Source: Promethearchaeati archaeon
Lineage (GTDB): Archaea; Asgardarchaeota; Heimdallarchaeia; JABLTI01
DNA length: 47,869 bases
Direction of reading: 5' to 3'
NCBI GenBank assembly: GCA_013166835.1
Contig: JABLTI010000011.1
Coordinates: forward strand, 1-47,869
Made by a program: the position numbers and the translations under genes. Below are positions 37,654-46,543 of the stretch, piece by piece (the first letter of the stretch is position 1; each line of letters opens with the position of its first letter). The notes beneath the pieces were generated by a model. The model was not told the origin of the DNA and made no database searches. It worked only from the letters and a program-made list of their open reading frames with translations.

Positions 37654-40653
37654 ATGTTCCTCGAAAATGAACTGAGGATTTGCAGCCCTGCTAAGAGGAG
37701 AAGGGTAATCAAGTTGGAGACCACAGTAAATATGAATCGAAAGCAAGAGGTTAGGTTCCTACTAACTGACCTTGATTACAAGATGCCAGAAGAAGAAGGT
37801 CAGCTACCTACTATTAGGTTATTTGGAAAAACGGAGGATACCCAAGTTCTTGTGAAAATTCGTGATTTTGTTCCCTATTTATATGTTAAAAAAAACAAAG
37901 ACATTGAGTTTATTATTCAAAACGATCCAATTATTAGTCGCTGGCAAATTGGGATAGAAGAGGTTACTTTACGACGATATTTCTGGGCAGGTGAGAGAGA
38001 AAAAGTCATCAAGCTTTATGGACTCGACCCTAGAAAGATTTTTGACATTAGCAATGAACTGCAAAAACTGGGTCTCGAGACGTTTGAAACAGATATTCCG
38101 TATCTCAAAAGATTTCTGATAGATAATAGCATCAAGTGTTTGAATGTCCTTGCAGTGAAAGCTACTAAGAGCGAGCGAAAAGGAAATGAGCTGCATCTTG
38201 AGGCTAGTTTTAGGGATATTCAGACTGTCTCTGATTCAGAAATCACCACTCCTGTATTATTTTATCCATTGAAGACCATGGCTATTAACGTGAAAGTCGC
38301 TCGAGAGGACGAGACGATTCAAGAGTTGTTGCAAAAAAAGAATCGTCCAATCCTAGCCATCAGTACGATGTGGGGTGAAGACACTAAACCTGAAAATGGC
38401 AAATTATTCATTTTACAAGAAAATTCGGAAGAAGAAGAGAAAAGAGTGTTAATGGACTTCATCAAGTATTTTCAAAAGATACAACCAGATATCCTCTGCA
38501 CTTTTCAAGGGGATTCGTTTGATCTGCCCTACCTCATCCATCGAATGAGTGTTCTCGGCATCCCTACTCATTTATTATCTATGTTCAGAGATGAACCGAG
38601 TTATTATTCCGGACAATTGCTTTCGTATAGGATGAAGGGAAGGATGGTTTTTGATTTAGCACTAAGAACCTGGGGCATCCACCCTCCTTCTGGTAAGAAA
38701 GGAATATACGATGTTTCGGGAGAAGTTCTTGATAGAGGAAAATTCGGGGTGAAGAGAAAGGAAAACGGCGATAATTTCGTAGAGTATTCAGCGGGATTAG
38801 GAGAAGCTAATGCAGATAGAGTCTTTTGGACTCTCTGGAAAGAGTGGGTTGTCGAAGGAAAGAAAGAAAGCTTAAGCCTTTTAGCAAAGCGTTGTTTTTA
38901 TGATTGTAAACTGATTTTTGACTTGTATTGGAATCTTGGAATGACCGGGTGGATAGAAACCCTACGAGTAACTGGTTTTCCAACAGCAGAAGCCAATAGT
39001 TGCACTGAAAGACTCAACGGAGAATTTGAGTTGATGCGGTACATGCGTCGAAAAGGAATTCTCATCCCGAAACGACCTGACGCAACACAAGTGGAGAAGA
39101 ATAGGCTATTGCGGGAAACCCATCCTCACGAGGGGGGAACAGTGCTCTATCCAAAGGGTTCTCTTCATACGGGAGTTCTCATCGCAGATTTCCGCTCAAT
39201 GTATCCAAGTGTGATGATTGCTCACAATGTTGGAGGAGAAACATTAAGGCAATGGATTGAAGCAAGTGATTATGGCGATCCGAAAAAGCTTTTCGACAAA
39301 CAATCTCGGTCCTGCCTTTCAATCATGGAAGAGACTTTGATTAGTAAGAGAATTAACAAGAAAAGCGAAATAAAACGACTCTCGAAACTGCTGGAAGAAA
39401 CAACTGACCAAGCAGAACGAAGCAACATACAAGGAACAATAATTGTGCTTGAGAGAGAACAGAACTCTATGAAAATAGTAGCCAATTCGATGTACGGAGC
39501 CCATTTCTACATTCGGAGTCGCTTCTATACCCAAACACTGGCATCAGCTATTGCAGACAGTGCGAGGACGTACCTTCTGGGCATTGAAGAAGGTCTTGAA
39601 GAGGTTTCGAGAACGGTCACTCCTTGCGAATTAATTTATGGGGACACAGATTCTACTTTCATCAAAATCTTAGATGAGAGTATCTTCACAGAAATTTATG
39701 CTGAAACTAACCTTGAGAAAAGAGAGAAACTCATCAGCAAATTAATGCGGCAAGTAAATGCGATCCTAAAAGAGATTAATAACAAACTTCCAAATCCTCT
39801 CGAGTTAAAATTTGAGGATATTGCTTACCGAGTTATCTTTAAACCTGATAGAAAGAAAGCCTATAGTTACATTAGTTTACTCACTGAAGATTTCAAAGTG
39901 AAGGGATTCGAGGCAGTTCGTTCTGATTGGTCTCCTCTTGCCAGAACGGCTCAAAGAAAAGTTTTGGATATTCTGCTAAGCCACCCCAAAAATTCGAGAG
40001 AAAACGAAACTGAATTTCAAACTGCAAGACGCTTTCTAATGGCTCTTGGCACTAAAGTCCTGCAAATGTCTACTGAGGAACTACTTCCTAAGGTTGTTAT
40101 TCTCTCGCCAATTCGTCGTCCTCCGAAAGATTACAAAGCGAAAGCACCCGCGGTGCAAGCCTTTGTGAATTATGCCCCTCGAGAGAATTTACAGGTCGAC
40201 AAAGAATGGATGGATTATGATAAATTCCCCTGGGTAATTGTTGCTGGGAAAGGATCAGTGTATGACCGGGCGAGGCATCCAAAATACGTTGATGATATCG
40301 ATAGAGAACACTACGTGACAGAAATGCTTCGTTGCTGTGAGGACCTTGGGGTGAAAGTTTCCTTGAAGGAAGTTAAAGGAGCTCTTCCTGGTCGATTAGA
40401 TCATTTATTTGCCAGTGTAAGTGAAGATGTAATGGTAAAAGAGGAAGAAATTATTCAAATCGAGGATGATGAATTACTTGAGGTTGATGAAAATTCTGAC
40501 ATCATTGAAATCATTAAACCCATTCAAAGTGGAGAGTTAGAATGGAGGAAGAAAAAGAAAGGTATTAAGAGAAATGTAAAAAGGCAAAGAGCAGCTGGGC
40601 AAGCTGCTTTGACGCTATTCGCTAACTCTGATGAAGTAATTACTCCTGAATAA
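37654..40653 (+). CDS. polB: Family B DNA polymerase with intact polymerase motifs and degenerate 3'-5' exonuclease
   Basis: Motif A ADFRSMYPS, motif B KIVANSMYG, motif C YGDTDS, KKAY and KGFEAVRSDW. N-terminal domain PTIRLFGKT...FVPYLYV and FETDIPYLKRFLID. The start may be 20-26 codons downstream. Confidence 0.93.
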   Translation: MFLENELRICSPAKRRRVIKLETTVNMNRKQEVRFLLTDLDYKMPEEEGQLPTIRLFGKTEDTQVLVKIRDFVPYLYVKKNKDIEFIIQNDPIISRWQIGIEEVTLRRYFWAGEREKVIKLYGLDPRKIFDISNELQKLGLETFETDIPYLKRFLIDNSIKCLNVLAVKATKSERKGNELHLEASFRDIQTVSDSEITTPVLFYPLKTMAINVKVAREDETIQELLQKKNRPILAISTMWGEDTKPENGKLFILQENSEEEEKRVLMDFIKYFQKIQPDILCTFQGDSFDLPYLIHRMSVLGIPTHLLSMFRDEPSYYSGQLLSYRMKGRMVFDLALRTWGIHPPSGKKGIYDVSGEVLDRGKFGVKRKENGDNFVEYSAGLGEANADRVFWTLWKEWVVEGKKESLSLLAKRCFYDCKLIFDLYWNLGMTGWIETLRVTGFPTAEANSCTERLNGEFELMRYMRRKGILIPKRPDATQVEKNRLLRETHPHEGGTVLYPKGSLHTGVLIADFRSMYPSVMIAHNVGGETLRQWIEASDYGDPKKLFDKQSRSCLSIMEETLISKRINKKSEIKRLSKLLEETTDQAERSNIQGTIIVLEREQNSMKIVANSMYGAHFYIRSRFYTQTLASAIADSARTYLLGIEEGLEEVSRTVTPCELIYGDTDSTFIKILDESIFTEIYAETNLEKREKLISKLMRQVNAILKEINNKLPNPLELKFEDIAYRVIFKPDRKKAYSYISLLTEDFKVKGFEAVRSDWSPLARTAQRKVLDILLSHPKNSRENETEFQTARRFLMALGTKVLQMSTEELLPKVVILSPIRRPPKDYKAKAPAVQAFVNYAPRENLQVDKEWMDYDKFPWVIVAGKGSVYDRARHPKYVDDIDREHYVTEMLRCCEDLGVKVSLKEVKGALPGRLDHLFASVSEDVMVKEEEIIQIEDDELLEVDENSDIIEIIKPIQSGELEWRKKKKGIKRNVKRQRAAGQAALTLFANSDEVITPE

Positions 40654-41545
40654 GTTCACTAACAAGTTTTGGTCCTGTTCCAGCTAATTCTTGCATGAAT
40701 TTTCCTGTTAATTCTACTAATGGAGTATCGTGTGCTGCCTTGTTTGTGCCCAAATCAATAAAAGAGCAATTTGTAAGTGCTTTTGCTACATTATGTGCAA
40801 AATCACTTTCATGAACTGTATCTAAAGTGGCACCAATTAATATTAACCTGTCTTTTATTTTTGGCAAAATATCCCACCCATTGTAATGAGCGATACTTAG
40901 AATGTTTTTCCGCATTTTTCTAGGATCTGCTTCTTTTAGGGATCGTTTATATTGAGCTGATTGCTCAGGTTCATTTTTTTTATCAACTCGGACATCTCCG
41001 ACAAGCCAACTAATAAGAGGTTTAAGCATTTGTATAACAAATGGAGGGACAATACGTAAAACAAAGAGTACCCATCTCGGGAAATGAAATTCTACTCCAG
41101 GACTAACTAAGATAGAACCAAGTGGAGTCATTGTTTTTTGTGCATGATTCTCAAGAACGGATGCTCCAGCCAACGAACTCGAAATTGTGATGTATTTTTT
41201 CTTATCTAAGCCTAATGCTTTCTCTACATCAGCTAAATCCATAGCATGACGAGGAATATCAAATTTGGCTTTCTTTACAAGCTTACTTGTGATTTTCTCT
41301 CTTGATTCAACATAATATACAGGGTAATTTTCATTTAGTTCTTGAACAACTGGTTCCCATCGAGGGAAAATGCTAAACATCCCTGGGACGAAGAAAACAG
41401 TAATATCCTCTCGAGGGTTTTTAACATCAGTAAAGGATAGAACTCTTATTTCACATCCATCTGACGTTGTGACCATTTGCTCTTTTGCACTTTGTTCAAA
41501 AGGAGATTTCTGAATTTTTTTCTTCTTCGATTTCAATATACTCAC
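40640..41545 (-). CDS. Alpha/beta fold hydrolase
   Basis: VFFVPGM oxyanion region, nucleophile-elbow variant SSSLAG, LIGATLD and a C-terminal His (KAAH). The stop overlaps the polB stop by 14 bp. Confidence 0.8.
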   Translation of the reverse strand: MSILKSKKKKIQKSPFEQSAKEQMVTTSDGCEIRVLSFTDVKNPREDITVFFVPGMFSIFPRWEPVVQELNENYPVYYVESREKITSKLVKKAKFDIPRHAMDLADVEKALGLDKKKYITISSSLAGASVLENHAQKTMTPLGSILVSPGVEFHFPRWVLFVLRIVPPFVIQMLKPLISWLVGDVRVDKKNEPEQSAQYKRSLKEADPRKMRKNILSIAHYNGWDILPKIKDRLILIGATLDTVHESDFAHNVAKALTNCSFIDLGTNKAAHDTPLVELTGKFMQELAGTGPKLVSELIQE

Positions 41546-41617
41546 ATCTTACATTCATTTAATACTCAAACGAGGGATTTTATTATTGTGTTGCCAAATT
41601 TAGAAAGGTTGTATAAA

Positions 41618-42652
41618 TCATTTCCGTCTTCTATTTCGCTTAGCTTGCTTAAGTTGCTCTGCCTGTTTTATCTTCTTTCTTTCTTCTACCAATTTTTCTT
41701 CCTGTTCTTTTTCATGTTTCGCTAACCACATCAAAGTAATGTCTTCAATAGAGATTCCTGATGTTTTGAAATCAATGAATTTTCCCCATTCTATTATTTT
41801 ATTATGGATATCAACCGCTTCAGCACGAGTTCCTGCGAAAAACCTACACATTCCACCAATCATTTCAAATCTCGGCCAGATACTTTCTGCTTCCTTTTCT
41901 GACATTTGATCTTTTGGTATAACCATAATATCGTACATATAATTGAATTCATTTTGTAATTTTGTTACATCGACCATTCCTTGGACAGTCCCACCTAGAG
42001 AAATAAGGAGGATTTTATCACACAGCTGATCCACAACATCAGGTGAGTGATCAACTAAAACCAATGTTCGTTCTTTGCCTTGTTTCTCAAGAAAATCAAG
42101 AACAATCTGTTTTCTCCTAAAATCAATACCACTTGTTGGTTCATCGGCAAAAAGAATTGCGGGATTTTTTTGTAATCCAACACATAATCTGGTTATTGCT
42201 TTTTGCCCTTCACTAAATGTTTCAAGTTTTGTATTCCATAAATGATCAAGTTGCAATTCCTCAATGAAATCCTTAGCTAGTGCCATATCACCTTTTGTTA
42301 CTTTTACAAAGAAATCCAAAGTTTGTTTTAGAGTTAATTTCTTTTGAAAATCCATAGCTGGAGATACAAAACTAATATGCTTTCTTACTTCTTTCATTTC
42401 TGAAACAAGATCATACCCACAAACTTGTGCATCTCCACCATCAGGTGAATAAATCGTTGAAAGCGTTTTTAATAGAGTGGTTTTTCCTGAACCATTAGGA
42501 CCAAGTAAAGCTAGAGATAAGCCCTTGGGTAAGTCAAATGTAATTCCATCGAGTACCCTTTTTTTTGCAAAAGGGTCTTTTTTTCTTGTTAAAAATCCAC
42601 CCATTGGAAATTCCTTAATTAAACCATCGGATTGTATTATTTGATCAACCAT
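41618..42652 (-). CDS. ABC transporter ATP-binding protein (ABC-2 exporter type)
   Basis: Walker A GPNGSGKTT, signature FSEGQ, Walker B ILFADEP and H-loop VDH. Confidence 0.93.
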   Translation of the reverse strand: MVDQIIQSDGLIKEFPMGGFLTRKKDPFAKKRVLDGITFDLPKGLSLALLGPNGSGKTTLLKTLSTIYSPDGGDAQVCGYDLVSEMKEVRKHISFVSPAMDFQKKLTLKQTLDFFVKVTKGDMALAKDFIEELQLDHLWNTKLETFSEGQKAITRLCVGLQKNPAILFADEPTSGIDFRRKQIVLDFLEKQGKERTLVLVDHSPDVVDQLCDKILLISLGGTVQGMVDVTKLQNEFNYMYDIMVIPKDQMSEKEAESIWPRFEMIGGMCRFFAGTRAEAVDIHNKIIEWGKFIDFKTSGISIEDITLMWLAKHEKEQEEKLVEERKKIKQAEQLKQAKRNRRRK

Positions 42653-42663
42653 TCTTGACTCAC

Positions 42664-43602
42664 CTAATAAAATTCTATTGTACCTCTCTTTCTAGCGATT
42701 TTAGTCATCCACTTTACGAAATAATAAGATCCTATGAGAAAGACTACACATACTGCTACATTAATCAGAATTACAATGCCATAAGATAGTCCCGCAAAAG
42801 ACCCACCACCATCAATTAATGACATATCTGGAAATCTTGCAGCAGTATTGTGTTCTATCAAATACTTACGAAAAGCAAATTGTCCTGAAACAACCGGAGA
42901 AGAAATTAAAAATACTGGTATCCACCACGCACCCATACCTGAAAATGTTTCAACCATAAAGAAATATCCACCAGCAATACGAACTAAATACAGCATGATT
43001 CGTACTATTGTTGTGGTTTGTTTAACGAGTAAGGTTATTGAACCCATAAAGAAACTAATGCACATCATAAAAATATAACTCAGTAAAATCAAAGGAACTA
43101 ACATGAAAAATTCAGACGCAGTATGTGGAAGTAAATTCACATCACCATTTTTTACAAGTGCAAAAGTAGGTATGGTAGTAACTAGAAATATAACAAAAAA
43201 CTTCATACTTGAGGAAATATATCTACCTACCATAATACTGAATGTGTTAACATTATTTGTGATAAGGTAACCCATAGTACCCCGTGCACACTCCTCTCTT
43301 AAACAGAAAGAGGTTTCTTCATAATTTCCAGTAAACATTGTCCAGAAAGCAGATGAAGATAACAAGAAAAGTGAAAACGAATAATTAGGAGCAAAATCAC
43401 CTGTTCCTTGTCCGACAGATAAACCAAGAAAACCATAAGCAACTAGATTAGTAATCGTCCATATTAGCTGAATAACAATATCGGATTTATATTGCCAATC
43501 AGTTATCAGACTTCTTTTCACACCAGCTATAGTAACATCAAACATAGATGATAATGTTTTTTCAGCTTTCGTATCTCCTTTGAAAATACTCATGTAAATC
43601 AC
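42664..43602 (-). CDS. ABC-2 type transporter permease
   Basis: About 6 TM helices and LREECARGTMGYL (E..RGT motif); ends 11 bp before the ATPase gene. Confidence 0.85.
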   Translation of the reverse strand: MIYMSIFKGDTKAEKTLSSMFDVTIAGVKRSLITDWQYKSDIVIQLIWTITNLVAYGFLGLSVGQGTGDFAPNYSFSLFLLSSSAFWTMFTGNYEETSFCLREECARGTMGYLITNNVNTFSIMVGRYISSSMKFFVIFLVTTIPTFALVKNGDVNLLPHTASEFFMLVPLILLSYIFMMCISFFMGSITLLVKQTTTIVRIMLYLVRIAGGYFFMVETFSGMGAWWIPVFLISSPVVSGQFAFRKYLIEHNTAARFPDMSLIDGGGSFAGLSYGIVILINVAVCVVFLIGSYYFVKWMTKIARKRGTIEFY

Positions 43603-43709
43603 ATAATACCCTTATTTTTAAAATTCACTTGTCAATGTGAACTACTCTAACAAATAAGGTAATTGAGGAAAAAAGGTTTGTGGAAAAAAAAGATAGAGAT
43701 TAGAGTGAA

Positions 43710-44147
43710 CTACCACTCATCATCATAATCTGAAGAATCCCATTCCCCATCATCAGACGATGTACTAAAAGCTTCTTCTTCATCATCTAACCAAAGCTCT
43801 TCATCAGATACCATTTCAATGGGTTTGGGTCCCTTTTTCTTAGTCTTAGTAGTTTTTGTTTTCGATTCCCCTTTCTCAAGTCTTTCCTTAGTTTTGGCAG
43901 CGGATTCTTTTGCTTTTTGTTTCTTTGCTTCAGGAGTTATCCAACGGACTTTAACTGCGAATTCTCCACCCTTTTTAGTTGAAACATATTCTATAGTGCA
44001 TTTTAGATCCGGTTGTTTAAGATCTACTTCAAATTCAGATCCTTGCCAAATGATATCTGGTATTCCTTCATCTAAGGAATCTGAGAGCATCATAAATAGC
44101 TCAACTAATGCTTCTTTGTCTGCTTGTTTCGTCAGCGAGTACTTCAT
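43710..44147 (-). CDS. Amphi-Trp domain protein with Lys-rich linker and acidic Trp-containing tail
   Basis: Amphipathic helix (KEALVELFMMLSDSLDEG), then beta strands ending FAVKVRW; tail DDGEWDSSDYDDEW. Confidence 0.65.
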   Translation of the reverse strand: MKYSLTKQADKEALVELFMMLSDSLDEGIPDIIWQGSEFEVDLKQPDLKCTIEYVSTKKGGEFAVKVRWITPEAKKQKAKESAAKTKERLEKGESKTKTTKTKKKGPKPIEMVSDEELWLDDEEEAFSTSSDDGEWDSSDYDDEW

Positions 44148-44352
44148 TTTTTACCCACATTTTTTCTGAATAGCTTTTTTTAGAGAGATACTTTATTACA
44201 GAGCTTTTTGATGTTTTCTGTAATTTATACTTTACCATTGACATCTTAATATGGGAATCGTTTAGTTTTAAATGCCTCTTACCTACAGTATAAAAATGAA
44301 GAAAGTCTATATTTAAACAGTCATATTATAGAAGTAAAGAATACTCGAGGTT

Positions 44353-45606
44353 TTGTTTATGGATGATGCTGAAAAGATTTACAGTTCTTTAGAACTAGCA
44401 TGTGATGAAGGAAAGATAACAACTGTAGAGGAATTTATCCAGGAATTGGATGGGTTAACAAAAGATAACAAAGAAGCGAATAAATATTATACTCAAGCTG
44501 TTGTAAAGGCTCTCGAGACTTTCAAAGGAAAGTTTTCATCTCTGAAGTTAAAGAAATATATTGCAAGGGTTGAAGAGCTTGTTAAGAACGATCCTACTGA
44601 TGAATCAGTTGTTAACAATTATGCAAAAGCACTTCGATCATCATTACTAGCTATGAGCTCTAAAGGACAACCAAATGCAATGCGAGAGATAATTACTCAC
44701 CTTGAGGTATTAGCGACTGATAATCCCGAGAACATTATAATTCATGAAGAATTATCTGAGGCTTCTAGTGAAATTGCCAATTACTGGAGAAGCAGGGGTG
44801 ATTTCAAAGCATTAAGGGATCGAACCAAAAAATTCCGAGAACTTGCTGAAAAGTTTCCCGATAATGAAAAAATCAAACTCAATTTATCAAGATCATTAAT
44901 TTTAGAAATTGATAGCTCAAATAAACGAGATATTGCGAAAATCGACACAATCCTATCGGAAATTAAGGAATTATCAGAATCGTTCCCCACAAACGTCGGT
45001 TTACAATTAGAATGGGTTCATGCATACCGAACTGCCATGGATAGAGGATATGAAAAACCAGAAGATGCGAGAAGATGGCTTGAATCTATGAAGGCAATTG
45101 CACTTAATAAGAAGGAAACAGCCTTTAAAATTGAGCTCGCTAAAGGTTACTTGAATGCCATAGCAAATTTAGGACAACAAAATCGGGAAGAATTAGGAAA
45201 ACATCTTGATGAGCTAGAAATGTTGGCAGATACCACAAAGGACAGTCTTGAATTACAAACAATTTATGCTCAAAGTCTAATAACTTCCTTGCAAATCATA
45301 GGAATTAGCGATTTGAAAGAAACAGCGGAAGTAATTGACGAACTGAAAGAACTAATTAAAGCGCATCCAAAAAATAACGCTATAATTAAAATCTATGTTG
45401 ATTCATTAATTGGAGTTATTGGATTACTAGCCCAAGAACAAAGAGCAAAAGAAATTGTCCCATTCTTAAATCAATTCGAAGCGTTAGATGAAAAGTACCC
45501 TGATGATGAGTTTATCCAAAAAGTCTATGACCAACTTATGGATACTTTGAAGATGATTGGTTTCAAAAAAACCAAAAAGAAGAAACGAAGAATTGATTAT
45601 ATGTAA
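44353..45606 (+). CDS. Alpha-solenoid (TPR/HEAT-like) repeat protein
   Basis: About 8 helical-hairpin repeats, e.g. DPTDESVVNNYAKAL, NPENIIIHEELSEA, FPDNEKIKLNLSRSL, FPTNVGLQLEW, HPKNNAIIKIY and YPDDEFIQKVY. Confidence 0.78.
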   Translation: MFMDDAEKIYSSLELACDEGKITTVEEFIQELDGLTKDNKEANKYYTQAVVKALETFKGKFSSLKLKKYIARVEELVKNDPTDESVVNNYAKALRSSLLAMSSKGQPNAMREIITHLEVLATDNPENIIIHEELSEASSEIANYWRSRGDFKALRDRTKKFRELAEKFPDNEKIKLNLSRSLILEIDSSNKRDIAKIDTILSEIKELSESFPTNVGLQLEWVHAYRTAMDRGYEKPEDARRWLESMKAIALNKKETAFKIELAKGYLNAIANLGQQNREELGKHLDELEMLADTTKDSLELQTIYAQSLITSLQIIGISDLKETAEVIDELKELIKAHPKNNAIIKIYVDSLIGVIGLLAQEQRAKEIVPFLNQFEALDEKYPDDEFIQKVYDQLMDTLKMIGFKKTKKKKRRIDYM

Positions 45607-45617
45607 AAGAAAAGTAG

Positions 45618-45830
45618 GTGATTATCCTGACTGAAAAAGATGATAGATTACCTCCCATAGAAAGAGAAAGATTACGAAAAGGATTTGAAGAGAATATTCA
45701 GAAAAATGATGAATTAGATGAACTAGAACAGAAAATACTGGAGAAAGAGAAAGAATTAGATGATGTATATTCTGAATATCTCCATACATTAGCAAAGCTA
45801 GAAGAGAAAGCAAGGGAAGTAAAACGATAA
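45618..45830 (+). CDS. Small charged coiled-coil protein
   Basis: 70 aa, E/K/L-rich heptad pattern; starts 11 bp after the repeat-protein gene. Confidence 0.6.
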   Translation: MIILTEKDDRLPPIERERLRKGFEENIQKNDELDELEQKILEKEKELDDVYSEYLHTLAKLEEKAREVKR

Positions 45831-45874
45831 ACATTCACAGAGTTCTTTCATTAAAAATATTGGACTGTTAAATA

Positions 45875-46438
45875 ATGGATTATAAAGAAGTCGCCGAATA
45901 TATCCTCTATCAACAACTCTTTGCTGAACCAAACCTAATAAGAGACAGAAGAAGTTTGGTTAACATACCCGTTGAGGGAAGCGACGTAATAATCAAGAAA
46001 ATGCTAGATTTAGTGTTATTAAATATTGAATTATGGGAGCAGGGAAAAGAAAAAGAATACATAACTCAACTAGCTGAAAAAATCGGTTTTAATCCGAAAA
46101 GAATCATCCTGGAATTTCACATAAGATTAAAACCAATCCCAAAAGAGCAGGTTTCTAATTCTGGGTTCAAATACATGCTAGCAATTAGCGAAGTTATAAA
46201 GACTATACATGAAGAATCCACAGACAAAGTTGTGAAATTGCTCGAGAAGAAATTTAAGGGAAGAAAGAGAAGGGGTTTAGACACAAAATTACAGATTTTG
46301 TCTGAGCAAAATAATCTTGAGTTTTCATTATTACTAAATTTAGCGATCTTAAAGGAATACGCGGAAATCATACAAGCACCTTATCCAATAGCTATTTTTA
46401 ATGAGTATTTTGAGAAAGTCCTTCAACTTCTAAACTGA
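45875..46438 (+). CDS. Hypothetical alpha-helical protein
   Basis: 187-aa ATG ORF that fills the gap up to the convergent actin gene; no motif recognised. Confidence 0.7.
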   Translation: MDYKEVAEYILYQQLFAEPNLIRDRRSLVNIPVEGSDVIIKKMLDLVLLNIELWEQGKEKEYITQLAEKIGFNPKRIILEFHIRLKPIPKEQVSNSGFKYMLAISEVIKTIHEESTDKVVKLLEKKFKGRKRRGLDTKLQILSEQNNLEFSLLLNLAILKEYAEIIQAPYPIAIFNEYFEKVLQLLN

Positions 46439-46543
46439 AGAATACTCAAAATCAAATTGATTTGAGAAAACAGATAATAGAAAAAAGAGGTTGATACTTC
46501 TTCGCCCATCCGCATTTTTAAAAGAAAAAAAAGGGGATGATGC

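Noticed and set aside
25370-40653. Integrated element (provirus or casposon-like) from tRNA-Val to polB
   Set aside because: No integrase, Cas1, capsid gene, terminal inverted repeats or duplicated tRNA 3' end was seen, and the PolB is of the cellular type rather than protein-primed.
42700-44150. Possible third A-rich to T-rich switch near 43550-43700
   Set aside because: It is confounded by amino acid composition (a hydrophobic permease versus a Lys/Glu-rich protein on the minus strand) and cannot be separated by eye.
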